DNA of 62,482 nucleotides, filler included. It is 13 parts of 13 records of this genome, joined end to end, with 100 filler letters (N's around TTAATTAATTAA, not from the genome) between each part and the next. Parts side by side here need not be neighbours in the genome. Positions count along the whole stretch, not along the records: positions 23,770 to 26,825 come from SRR7504441_4011; positions 26,926 to 31,569 come from SRR7504441_4013; positions 31,670 to 35,195 come from SRR7504441_4016; positions 35,296 to 39,516 come from SRR7504441_4020; 9 more parts are not named here. The stretch is one strand, 5' to 3'. Below the pieces are notes generated by a model. It saw only the letters and a program-made list of their open reading frames with translations. It was not told where the DNA came from and searched no databases. Shown here piece by piece: positions 23,903 through 35,667 of the stretch. The stretch's first letter is position 1. Every line of letters begins with the position of its first letter. A program made the translations under genes and the position numbers.

Positions 23903-26813
23903 TTATGCATACTCTTTGCCAAGCACCTGCGTTACCACGCTTTTCATATCCATGTGTGGAGGGGCCGCAATAAAAGGAACGGAATGAACGTATCCCGCCT
24001 TTGAGCTTTGTGGTCGAGGCACACCACCAAGCTTTGCACGAATCGTCTGCTCGAGTTTGATTTCTTCTGCTGGATTACTGTACCGGCGTTGAGGCAACCA
24101 GTGCTTATCTGGATGGTAATACACCTGAAGACCTTTCGCTTTCAGGAAGTCAGCAATTGGTTCCATCGGTGTTGCAATCAACGGGAAGAAGAGGAAGATT
24201 GGCGCACTGTCGAAGCAGTCGTAACATCTCTGAAGAGTCTTAACTGAGATGTACGAGAAAGCCCCAGTGGCGCAGCACAGGCCTGTGGGTGCCATGGCAG
24301 CAGCTTCGCACACTGTCGGAGCTTCAACCTCCAGATTTCGCGGCACAACAGAGCTGTACAGTCCCACCTCTGCACCATACTCTAGAGCATGGGCAGCCAC
24401 ATCCTGCGCAACTACCCTAATCCCAGGCCGTTCAGGGCGCGCTGCTCTAGTAAAGAATTCTTTGTCCTGCCGCCGGCTTTTGGTCGGATCGCAAGAGCGC
24501 TGCGGGCTCATAAAGTGCTCAAACATGAAAACCGAGGTCATTGTGCTTAGGATTGGGCCGGTCGACAGTCCATACCCAGCGCACAGCTCAAGCACTACAC
24601 GCTTATTTGCAGGCAGGATCTTGAGAGCACGAGAGCAGATGGTGGCGGTGTGATCTCCAATCTCGTATCCTACTCGGATCATCTCCTTGACGTATGGCAA
24701 AATATCGACCTGGCCACAATCAGTAGGAGAAGTCTCGCCAATTCGCAACCTGGTCGTACACGTCGTCAAACCCTTCTTTCCCCTTAGTGTTGGCGTTCCC
24801 TGCAGTGGCGACGGCCAAATGTCCAAGCAGCGCTTTGGTTCGTCGCTGATGCGCCATCTGAGCGCTAGCAGCCTGTGCCCCCAGCTGCGGCTGAGATCTC
24901 GTTTCTATGGCGAAATCATAGATTGCACCAATCATCTCTTCGAATCTTGGATGCCCGAAATGCATGAAGTCGTTATGCTTAACACCAGCAAGCAGCACAG
25001 GGTTTGTGCGGTTAGTCTGAGCAAATGCTCGAATGTTGTCGGGTGTGTGCAACTCATTCTCTGCGCCGTGCACGAGGAGGACTGGGCAGGGCAGCTTGGT
25101 GGTACCAAACGAGACATTCGAGAGCTCTTGCCAGAACGACCCGCGAACTCGAGGGAGCGCGTAGCCCTCGTGCGCGTACAATTCGTCAATAACGACCTGC
25201 AGCGTCTTGGCATCCAGCGGGTAACCCAGGAATGGAGGGTAAAGCGCGTTAGGCTCCATCCCGTCAACCATTTGTTTGAACTCCGCATATGTCCCCGGGG
25301 GCAAATCTACATCGCTCTCAAGACCACGTGCAGCAATCTTCTGCGTCAGTTCGGCCCGGGCCGAGTTGACAGAGGCAATGACAGACGTGTGTACCATCTC
25401 AGCATCGAGCAGACCGTTCAGAAGGCACACGCCGTCGTACCCGCCGGTTGGCGGTTGGCCAGCAACAGCCGTCGAGAGCGAAGCCGATCCCATGGCCCAT
25501 GCGGCGCCGACCACTCTGTCAAATCCGAGCGCATCGCGAGCATACGCAGCCGCTGCACTGTATCCGTTGGCCTGCTGGCGAATATTAATATCATGAACTC
25601 CACGGCCTGTGCTCCGACCGTACGGAGGGTACTCCAGCGCCAGCACTGTAAGTCCTTTCCGAGAGAGCGCCTGGGCTATTAGAATCGGGTACAGCGCCAC
25701 CCAACCCGTGTACCCACTCCCCACAATGACGACCATCTTCTCACCAGTCCGCTTGCAGGCTCCGCTGGCAAGAGTCTGTGAGCCGTCCGGAAATGCCCGG
25801 CACGGCCGGACCAACACAGCGTGCATGCTCTCAGCATCTTTGACGGGAACAAACACATCCTCTCCCCAGTACCAGTCAGGCTGTTCTGCGTGAATCATCC
25901 CCTGCGGCGCGGGCGGCTTGGCTGGACTCAGATGCAGCAGAGCAGCGTCGGAAGATAGCTCGCAATTCGACTGCAGAACAGCCCGGGTCTGGATCTTGAG
26001 GCTGTTTACCCATCCCACCGGGCCTGAGACCGTTGCCCGACCGAAGCTTCGATCGTGGCAGGTCAGATGGCCTACATGCGGCGCGTCTGTGCAGTCGAGA
26101 ACAACACGATCCTCGCCGAGCGCCTCAACAGCGGCTGCGACGTACGGAGCCACTGCCACGACAGACGCGGATGTTCTGTGCCCCGGGCCTTTGATCATTA
26201 CGTTTCCACTGCGGGCTGCTAGTTTGGCCAGAAGCACCCTGTACGCCGCCGCCGGAGGGCTGTCCCAAGCGCCGAGATGGTCGATCATGAGCGGGAGATC
26301 AGAGGGCACCAGATCGACCGCGGCCGACAGAGTGGCCAGACTCGTTGCCCAAAGCTCCAAGAATTTGCCTTGACGACGCAGCTCGTCGATCGGTGCGTTC
26401 TGCACCAGCCGAGCTACTTCGGCGGCCTCAGCTCCCTGCAAGAAACAGCGGGCGCCGACCACCAGTGGGTGACGGACCAGAGTGGCAGCTCCGGGCTCGT
26501 CAGCGCGTACAACCCCCAGCACGGAGCAAACACGCCGGTACCGGCAGCCATAAAGGGTCTGAAGGCGCGCCAGCTCGGCAAAAGAGTCCAGCACGTGCGC
26601 GGAGGTCGGGAGGGCCGAGTAGGCCACGTTCAGCACCACGACGCGGCCGTTCGGGCGGGAGGCCAGGAGTGCGTCCAGGTGCTGGCGTAGGGTCCAGGCC
26701 GCCGGGCGTGGTGCGGAGCCGAAGTTGCCTGCGTCCAGGTGCGCATCGGTGAAGAGGTGGCAGTGAGCGTCCATGGGAGCGGCAGCCGACTGTTTCCCGC
26801 CAGTCCCGGACAC
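23903..26813 (-). CDS. Three-domain fusion: amidohydrolase (Amidohydro_2-like) + alpha/beta-hydrolase fold + class I SAM-methyltransferase-like; one intron at 24710-24749
   Basis: DAHCH, IDHLG, TDAPH (amidohydrolase); EYPPYGRSTG, LLVHGAENELH, KHND (alpha/beta-hydrolase); VVLELCAGYG, VVAQDV (SAM motifs). A 40-nt GT-AG intron joins FDDVYDQ|VDILPYVK. Confidence 0.78.
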
Positions 26814-27375
26814 GACACACTGACANNNNNNNNNNNNNNNNNNNNNNNNNNNNNNNNNNNNNNNNNNNNTTAATTAATTAANNNNNNNNNNNNNNNNNNN
26901 NNNNNNNNNNNNNNNNNNNNNNNNNGATTGATAGAAATTAACTCTTGAATAAAAATCAGCCTGGACTTTCTAATTTACTTTCTAACTTTCAAAATCCGTC
27001 CAAATCGAACCGTTAGCCTAACCTTTCTTACTCACCAAATTTCTTACTTTCGGTGGTTTACTGTAGGTGCCGACTAAGCCCGACTTAGTGCCGACTGCGC
27101 CCGTGCCATCCTCAAAATCGGCAGTCAGCTCAGTAAGGAATTCTATAATACAAGGGGTCCCCATACGTACCCAGTAACTTGTACCTGTACCACCCCGCGC
27201 CCCTAAGTTCTGCAGTTCTACGCCTGTACATGTACCCGTCCGGTACATGACCGCCGTACCAGGTGTAAAAGTCCGTTGTCAACACAGATTGATAGATTCG
27301 CTGGCTGCGCGCGAAGAAAGTCGAAGGTGCATGGCCGGGCGCGGGCGCTGCGAAGCTGACTGGTGCGGGCAGAGA

Positions 27376-28955
27376 ATGGCGCGACTGTACACGACTAAAG
27401 GCAACGTCAATGGCTTCAAGGCCATGGTGGCCGCGCTGTACAACGGGCTCCCGCTGCAGATCCCGGACAACTTCGAGATCGCGAAGCACGCCGCCACCCC
27501 GGAGTACCTGGCGCTCAGCCCGCTGGGCGAGGTCCCGTGCCTCGAGGTGGATGGCGCCTCGATCCATCAGCCCGACGCCATCCTGCGCTACGTGATGCGC
27601 TGGAACTTAGCCTCGCAGCTCTACGGTCCCCCGCCGGCCGCCGGGCCGGGCTGACATCGGTGCAGGCAAGTCGGCGGTGGAGCAGGCGGCAGTGGACCAG
27701 TTCATCGAGTTCTCCAAGGTGAAGCTGGAGGCCCCGCTCAACGCCTGGACCTACCCGATCCACGGGCTGGTCAAGTACAACCACCAGATCGTCGAGCAGG
27801 CCAAGAAGGACGTCCCCGCAGCTCTCGCCTACCTGGAGGCGCACCTGGCCACCCGCACCTTCCTGGTGGGCGAGTGCGTCACTGGCGCCGACATCGCCTG
27901 CGCGCTGGCCATGCTGGACGCGGCCACTCAGGTGTTCGACGCGGCGTTCCGCGAGCCGTTCCCCAACGTGTTCCGCTGGTTCATGACCTGTGTCAACCAG
28001 CCGCAGTTCCTGGCCGTGATCGGGCAGACTGCACTCTGCACAGAGGCCAAGGATGCCAAGCCAGCCAAGGCTGCCAAGCCAGAGAAGGCCAAGAAGCAAC
28101 CACAGGAGCCCAAGCCAAAGAAGGAGAAGAAGAAGAAGGAGGAGGACGCCGAGGCAGATGAGCCGGCCGCACCGCCGGCCGCGAAGCGGGTGCGGGCTGT
28201 GCTGCCGATGTCGGCTGAGCGTGTCGACAGGAGAACCCGCTCGAGAAGCTCCCGAAGAGCAGCTTCAACTTGGACGAGTGGAAGCGGACCTACTCCAACA
28301 AGAACTGGCCCGAGGCCAAGAAGTGGCTCTGGGAGAACTACGACGCTGAGGGTCAGCCACCCCCGCCCCTGGCTGTCCGCTCTGGCCTAGACATGATGAT
28401 CCCGCAGTGCATAGTTCAGCTGACGAGTTGAACCTCGGTGAAGACTGCACAGCAATTTAGTCTTTCGCTCCTATCTGAACCTTCCTCGGCCAGCCATTCT
28501 CCCATGCGCGCGCTACAGGCAGCAGCTGAGTCTGTGACTGCAGGCTGGTGTTGGTACTTCTGCAAGTACAAGCATCCTTCTGACTTCACCAAGCTGTTCA
28601 ACGCTAACAACCTGATCAATGGCTTCATCCAGCGGCTCGACCCGCTCCGCAAGTGGGGATTCGGCTCGCTGGTGGTGTGTGGCGACGCAAACTCACCGCC
28701 CTGGTGCCTGGCTGGCTGGTCTCTGGCTGATTCTCTCATGACCACAGGAACATCTACGGCGTGTGGCTGTTCCGTGGCAACGAGGTTCCATTCGAGATGT
28801 ATGACTGCCCGGATGCCGAGGTTTACGACTTTGAGCGAGTGGACCTGAACAACGAGGAGCACAAGAGCAAGATGGACTGCATTATGGCTGTGGAAGGCCC
28901 ATTCTTTGACCAGGCTCCCGAGTTTGAGTGCCAAACATGGAAGCCGTTCAAGTAA
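27376..28955 (+). CDS. EEF1G: Elongation factor 1B-gamma (4 introns)
   Basis: GST-like N-domain (PLGEVP, TRTFLVGECVTGADI, FPNVFRWFMTCVNQPQF) and C-domain (SFNLDEWKRTYSN, NLINGFIQRLDPLRK, WLFRG). Confidence 0.96.
28389..28482 (+). ncRNA. Intronic box C/D snoRNA, snR60/U80-like double guide for LSU rRNA
   Basis: Box C ATGATGA at 28393-28399; D' CTGA at 28420-28423 preceded by GCATAGTTCA; C' GTGAAGA; box D CTGA at 28475-28478 preceded by TTAGTCTTTCGCTCCTAT. The two guides are antisense to conserved LSU motifs UGAACUAUGC and AUAGGGGCGAAAGACUAA. Lies in the 192-nt intron 28352-28543. Confidence 0.9.
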
Positions 28956-29345
28956 ACAGCTCGACTTGTGCACCTTGCTTGTACAAAGGCTGATTACCAT
29001 CTGCCGCATCCAGATAAGGCGGCTAATAATATAGCTAAGCTCATCAAGAGGCCTCGTCGGAGGCATGTGTAATTTCTGATGTTTGCAAAATACACCAAAT
29101 AGTACATGTAAACACAACTTCAATGAATTTTTCATGGAATTTTGGTACATTCATGATTGTACGCGACTCATCCGAAGCCGAATACCCATGAGTTCCTCAT
29201 GAATGAGTAGACCGACGTTTTACGTAAGACCAAGGTACCTAAACTTGTTTTGAATTATCTAATCCAAAGCCAACAATTCAGATGGCGTTCATGACTTCAT
29301 GGTATGCTAGTAGTACTTATGCTTCAAGTATGCTTGCGCAACAAG

Positions 29346-31397
29346 CTATGACACGAGCAGCCCTTGTCGGTCAAGCTGTTGGGCATGCCGGGTCTGTTGG
29401 CCGTACCAGCGATCTATCTGCAAGCAGCTGGCCAACAGTTGATCCCTCACTACCATTAGCTGGCTGTGCTCCGCGTGCTCGTCCGGGGTTAGAGCGGCAA
29501 GCCGCTGGGCGAACTGCATATAGTTTGCAATCTGCTGCACCGGCTGCGCGAGCAGCGCCTGGAACCCATTTGGCGACTTGTTCTGATCGTCCTCCCTTCC
29601 GTCGATTGCTGCAAGCTGTCGAAACAAATCATGGGCTGAGCCGAAGGCGGCTACATGGATGATGGCCATTTGATTCATGTATGCCCGGTAGTGCTGGGCC
29701 AGCGTGTTGGTCAGCTGGCCGAGCATGTCTGGTAGCTGCGCCGCTCCCAGCCTGAGCTGTCGGATGGCACTCAGATGAGTCCCATGCGCGTGCCGGATCA
29801 CATGCAGAGCCTCGAGCAGCCCGCACAGTGGCCCTTGCAGAGCCCACTTGGCCTGGTCTGGCCAGCGGGGCGACACCCGCTGCACCAGAGGCTCCACAAA
29901 CACAACGGCCAGTCGGTCGAGCTGCTCGCAGTACTGCCGCTCCTTCTTCTCGAGCTCGCGTATCACGTGCGCCCGGGTGTGCATCTCGCGCAGCTCCGGG
30001 GCCTCGCTGCACCCAGCCAGCCGGACAATCGAGCGGAGCTGCCTTCGCATTTTCCAGCCGCGGGCGAGCTTGGCCAGCATCTGCTTGAGCTTGAGCACTC
30101 GGAACGGCCTCAGGCTCTCGAGCTGGGCCTCGGCGGCCACTCGGGCGGCTTGGTGGACCATCAGCATCGTCTTGAGCCGCTGGGTCTCGATCTCGCCCCC
30201 GCGGGCCCGCTGCTTTGTGCTAATCTTGGCCTGCAGCTGCTCGGCCCTGCTGGCCGCACTGGGCCGCTGGGCCAGCTGACTCTGGAGCAAGCTGCACTGG
30301 CCCGTTGCTGCGGCCAGCTCCTTCTCCAGCTCGGTCTCCCTTTGCTCGGATGCCGTCAGCTGCACTCGCAGCGCTTCCAGCTCGCCCTCCCTGTGCTCGG
30401 ATGCCACTTCCAGCTCAGCTGCTAGCTCGCTCGCCCTCCGCTCGGCCGCAGCTTGGGCCTGCTCGGCTCCTGCCAGACTGGACTCCATCCGCGCCAGCTG
30501 GGCCCGCTGCTGCTCCCGCCGCCGCTCGGCTTGCTCCAGCCGGCGTTCGAGCTCCGTGGCCCGCTGGCTGGCTTGCTCCAGGCTCCCAATTGCTGCGTGC
30601 TGCTGCAGCTCGAGAGAGGCTTCGGCCAGCCGCCGGCGCTCAATCTGCTCGTGCTCGGCCTCGCCCGCCTGCTTGGAGCGCTCGACTGCTTCGGCCAGCT
30701 TCCGCTCGGCCGCCGTCAGTTGGTCTGCCATGCTGCTCTGTTTGGCCTCGGCTGCCAGCCTGCTCGCCTCAGCTTGCTCGAGCGCCCGGTTGGACTCTGC
30801 AAGCTCCAGCCGGAGCTGGCCGACTTGCCCCTGCAGCTGGGCCGCCTGGGCGTCCGATCGGTCCTGGTTCCGGGTGCAGCTCACCAGCAAGGCCGACATC
30901 TTCTCGTTGGCCGCCTCGGCCAGCTCAGCCCGCTGCCTGCAGCTGGTCTCCTTGTCCAGCGCTGCCGTCAGGAAACTCTCCCGCGCACGGAGCCGGTCCA
31001 ACTCGCCCGACTGCTCCTCCACCTGTGCCGGGGCTGCGGGGGCGACCAGCTGTCTCTCTATCGGGGAGGCCCCTGCTGTCGCCGGTCGGTTGAGAGCTGG
31101 TCGGTAGTCAGGCATACTGTAGCTGTCCTCCAGCGCAGCACTGCTGCTACTCGGATAGACGCTGAGGACCGGTGCCTGCCTGGCAGTAGGTACTGTCGCG
31201 AATTGATTAGCCTGCAGTTCTCGTCTCTTTCTATCGTCTTGCTCCAGCCTCCGCGGCTCCTGCGCGTTGGTTAGCAGAGCCGTGACGTCCACCAGCTTGG
31301 GCGGGCCAGGCCGGTCAATTTGCGTGCGCCGCAGCGGGGCCGTTCGCTCCACACGGAACGGGGAGGCAAGCCTCGGCGCCGATTGGCCGAGCGTCAT
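29346..31397 (-). CDS. Long coiled-coil protein with C-terminal RhoGEF (DH)-like domain
   Basis: RAHVIRELEKKERQYCEQL, FQALLAQPVQQIANY..L...TPDEHAEH match DH conserved regions; long heptad region upstream. Confidence 0.7.
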   Translation of the reverse strand: MTLGQSAPRLASPFRVERTAPLRRTQIDRPGPPKLVDVTALLTNAQEPRRLEQDDRKRRELQANQFATVPTARQAPVLSVYPSSSSAALEDSYSMPDYRPALNRPATAGASPIERQLVAPAAPAQVEEQSGELDRLRARESFLTAALDKETSCRQRAELAEAANEKMSALLVSCTRNQDRSDAQAAQLQGQVGQLRLELAESNRALEQAEASRLAAEAKQSSMADQLTAAERKLAEAVERSKQAGEAEHEQIERRRLAEASLELQQHAAIGSLEQASQRATELERRLEQAERRREQQRAQLARMESSLAGAEQAQAAAERRASELAAELEVASEHREGELEALRVQLTASEQRETELEKELAAATGQCSLLQSQLAQRPSAASRAEQLQAKISTKQRARGGEIETQRLKTMLMVHQAARVAAEAQLESLRPFRVLKLKQMLAKLARGWKMRRQLRSIVRLAGCSEAPELREMHTRAHVIRELEKKERQYCEQLDRLAVVFVEPLVQRVSPRWPDQAKWALQGPLCGLLEALHVIRHAHGTHLSAIRQLRLGAAQLPDMLGQLTNTLAQHYRAYMNQMAIIHVAAFGSAHDLFRQLAAIDGREDDQNKSPNGFQALLAQPVQQIANYMQFAQRLAALTPDEHAEHSQLMVVRDQLLASCLQIDRWYGQQTRHAQQLDRQGLLVS

Positions 31398-31669
31398 CGG
31401 GGCGACATTTCTGCAAAACAAACTGAAAAATGGGATTTTATTTAGAGAAAATTACGGTTCGGCACTGTGCGACTGTGAATCACTGTGCTCGACGTCCAGT
31501 TCGCTACCAGTTCGCCAGTGATTCGAAATACAGGCCCTGATGACCCTGTTGACCCCCTGTTGACCCTGTNNNNNNNNNNNNNNNNNNNNNNNNNNNNNNN
31601 NNNNNNNNNNNNNTTAATTAATTAANNNNNNNNNNNNNNNNNNNNNNNNNNNNNNNNNNNNNNNNNNNN

Positions 31670-34600
31670 TTCTAAATCTGGCAACTGCTCCAACAAGCTT
31701 GTCATACCTGCAATGAGCTGTGCTTCGCATAGAAGAGTCCTGCGATAAAGGTGCCGCAACAGCGCATTGACCCTGCTCCGCTCCTTCTCCTTCTTTTCCA
31801 TCACATGCAACACAACAATAGATGGAAACATAGCTAGCAAATCGTAGCTGGCTGCGAGTTCTTTGACACATTCTGTAGCCTCTTCCTCATCAGAACTCAC
31901 CAAATACTCATCGAGTATCGACACAACTCGCTTCTCAAATAGATCAGAATCCATTGGTTGGTGCTGAACCACTGGATCTGCTGCTTCTGGCTCGTCCTCT
32001 GCAGGTGCTGGTGAGGGGGCTGGAGCAACAGTCTGACTGCGAGACGCAGCAGATTTGGCTTCAACTTGCAGTTGTTCTGACGAGGGCGTCTCCCATTCTG
32101 AAAATCCACGCTGCCTTCCTCCATCCTGATGGCAGGCATGTTGTCACAATATACGACATGCTGCAGGGTGCTAAGATATTATATATAGGCATTAAAGTTC
32201 TACTCGATTCAACTCTCCAGCGTGCTGCTCACCTCTTCTAAATCATGAGCCTCGTTGAGAATTTCTCGTGAAGTTTTACGACGAATCTTGAGGTTTTGGA
32301 GTAACGCTGGATCCATCACACCTCGAGACAATGATGCGTGCCCGTCCTGCCCCCAGATCGCACAAGACAAGAGTCATAATAGATAGAAATGGTCACCGAG
32401 AACGAGCGGGCCATTAGATTGGCTGGTTTTGTTGGAGTTGGAGTCTTCCAACTCGATCCGAGCTTTTTGGAGAAAGGTGACTGATGACCTTTCTTTGATG
32501 GGGTATGGTGCACTTCGGATAATTTTTTTGGGGTCACAGTCTGCTCTCGACGAGGTTCCCAATCATTTGCTCGTAGATCTAATACACCTTCAAGCATAAA
32601 CCTTCACATACACTCAGTCAACTCAGCCTTCTTCTGTTGATTGAGCATGACTATCACATTTTTACCTGATCCGCGAGGGCAACCTTGAGTCACGGGAGAG
32701 CTCATCTATCTGGCCCATTATGCTGTCCACATACTGCTCCAACCACTTTCCTACGCTGCTCAGCAGTAGACAAAGTGCTTCAATGTCCCTGCAGTCTGGA
32801 TCGTCCAAACTCTCTTCAAGGAGCAGCGTGATGCAGATCTTGATGATGTTCTCTGTCAGAAGACCTTTCTTGAAGAGCTCTCCAATCAAATTCACATTTC
32901 CAAACATCCTGTGGAAAGAGATCATTATGTACCAGCAACGCACACGGACCTCTTCTTTGCTGCATTGAAGCGCTCTTCCGCTTCCTGCTGTTCCTCACCT
33001 TCAAGCAACTCCGGCTCGTCCTCCTCAGCCTCGTTCATGAAATTATCATAACACTTCTTGAGCAACATGCGCTTGAAAGTGTGCGTCTCTCCGTGCTCCT
33101 CCACCTGCACCAGCCACTCATGCCTCATACAGAATGCAGCCCATGCATCAAGCACAATTGCTCACCTCCGGAGTGGCAACAGACAGTCGCTGGCACAGTT
33201 CCGCATACATCGTAGCATAAGCTGGCTCGCCTACAGCTTTGTCAAATATGCTCCCAATTACCATCGACATGATTGCTTTTGTGTCCAGTGTAATCTCAAG
33301 CAGCTGTTTAAGGAGCCTCTCGAATTTTTCGGGAGTAAGTTTGTTGAGCAGAGACAGCACCTTTTTTCGCTGCACCTCCTCATCTGCATTGTTCTGGTGT
33401 TGCTTTGGCTGCCAGCGGTTGCTTGTTTCCTGCAGTGGCTCAACAGGCCCCGTAAATTGAGGCTGCTGTTTGTTCCAAGGAGAGCTTGATTTATTGTTGA
33501 GGTGTTGCCCGACTGAGCGCTGCTCTGGATGATCAGTGAACACTGAATTCGGGAACTTGTTGCGTGGCGCCACTTTGGCAGCACGTTGCTTCTTGCCGCT
33601 CTTACGCCCGGCAGAGCGGCCTGACGATATCAACGACGGGATCGAAGGGTGTGGCGAAGACTGCTTGTTACCACCTGTGACAAAAGGTAGGTCTGGCAGT
33701 TCGAATCCAGCCAGCTCTGGTGGGGTATTTGACATGTGTTGGAACTTCATCAAAAAGTCGGCGTCATAGGTTTGCACACCGCGGGCTCGTGGGACGTGCA
33801 GGTCCTGCTGCCGCGACAAGTCTGAACGCTGGGCCATCCCATCGAGCACCATCGTGGACCTGTCCGAACCAAGGGCCCGGTGCTTGCTCTTGAACGAGGT
33901 GTTCATGTGGCGTTGGGATGCAAGTGGTGCTGGCCCGTGATTAAGCAGGTATGCGGGCAGCTCGTCTGGGCGCTTCGTACACTTGGTCTGGAACTGTAGC
34001 AGGAACTGTGAATCGTACTTGGTCACGTCACCCTGCTTGTCACCCTTGGGGAAGAATAGAGAACCGCACCATGGCTGCAACTCGGTGCCCTGCAGGGTGG
34101 CCCGAGTATAAGGCGAGGTCGAGGCGGAAGAGGTGCCGCTGCTGTGCCAGTGAGACTTATCGCTCCGCCGAGACCAATTGGTCAGCATGCCAGAGAGCGG
34201 GAACCCCGGGCCGTGCTCCATCCAGTACTCGCCCTGCCCCTCGGGATCACCCCGGATTGGATGGCAGGCAGGCAGCGCCTGGGCGTCCAAGTAGTCCTCG
34301 AACCCGTACGAGTTGTACGAACCGTTCTCGTCCCACGAACCTTCCTCCCAGTTCTGCCGGTCGCACATCAACAGGATCAATGCAAGGGTCTGAGCTCAGG
34401 CTGGCGTACGCACCTCGCTCTGTTGCCATTCCATTTGTTCTTGCCACTCGGATGAGCCCTGCCAGTCTGCCGACTGCTGCCACTCGCCAGACTTCTCCCA
34501 CTCCCCGGCTTGCTCATCCCATTCCTGCCCCACCCCGTCTGCGGCCTCGGCCTGCGCCGGATCGGAAGCCTCAGCCCTGTCAGACAAGAACTATCAGCCC

Positions 34601-34967
34601 GATAGCCCACGGTGGGATGAGTCACGTTGCTGGCAGGCTCGGATCCCCCGCCGCCGGCTGCCCGAACTCCGGCTCGTTCTCGCTGACAGACTGCCGACTG
34701 CATCAGAGACCGGGGCAGCCCGACCGATTGGGCGAGGGGGGCTAATGGTGGGCGCACTGGTAGACGCTGGACCGCTAGGGCACTCGAGGGACGGAAGCTG
34801 AAGGAGGGCGCGCCCGGATTGAACACGAATGAGTTCGCATTCGGGTTGAGCTTGAAGCTGTCGGTTGCTGGCGCATCGGGTGCATCGGTGGGGTTCGCCT
34901 CTTCTGACTCGTGGTGAACCAGCTCGTCGTCACTGTCCGAAGACGTGTCATTGGCGTTGCCCTCCAT
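31670..34967 (-). CDS. EIF4G: eIF4G (PAM2-like, two 4E-binding motifs, MIF4G, MA3); 3' end truncated
   Basis: VLSLLNKLTPEKF, IFDKAVGEPAYATMYAELC, FKRMLLKKC, RMFGNVNLIGELFK, IEALCLLL, LRANDWEPR; MA3 segment SILDEYLVSSDEEEA. Confidence 0.92.
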
Positions 34968-35667
34968 GTGAAGCACCCCTACCGTGACTCTCTGAGCTCG
35001 GCCTGTCCACAGCCAAGCGCACCTTGCTCCACCGTTCCCGATTTAACGGAACGCCAGGACGACTCAACAGGGCCTCGGTTGGCCCGCGGGCCCAGAATCC
35101 CCAGATTGGGCCCGCGCCCACCCCGGATCGGCACTGTAATTATTCGGTGACCGTGTAAACCGATGGGTGAACGAAGAGAGGACCCATTGAATCGANNNNN
35201 NNNNNNNNNNNNNNNNNNNNNNNNNNNNNNNNNNNNNNNTTAATTAATTAANNNNNNNNNNNNNNNNNNNNNNNNNNNNNNNNNNNNNNNNNNNNACAGC
35301 CCGGCAGCCGGCCGTTGGGTCGCCCAGCCTGTTCTATCCCGGGCCGCCCGCCTCCGGATCTTTGCCCTGACCGCGGCCACTGTGGACTTGGTGCGCGGAG
35401 TGAGCGCCTGCTGCTGGCGGGCGGTGAGCGGGCCCATGTCCTCCCGGCTCCAAGTCGCCCGGGCCCGCGCCAGCCGGCCCATGTCCAGGCGCGGCACCCC
35501 AGGCGGAGGCATGATCACGCCCCTCCACACTTCACGACGGACGCCACGAGTGCCAAGCCAACGGCAACATCTTGCAGCTGGCTGATCGCCTGTCCGAGTC
35601 GGCGCCCTGATTTCTCAAATGCGCCTCCGGTAAAGGTGTGGAGGCCTCTCTAAATCAGTTCGAAGCT

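Noticed and set aside
27064-27108. Short GCCGACT repeats with a small ACTAAG/CTTAGT hairpin upstream of eEF1B-gamma
   Set aside because: Too short and imperfect to assign a function.
31535-31569. TGACCCTGT repeats at a contig end resembling a telomere
   Set aside because: Only ~3 imperfect units and not a known telomeric hexamer/heptamer array; probably a minisatellite that broke the assembly.
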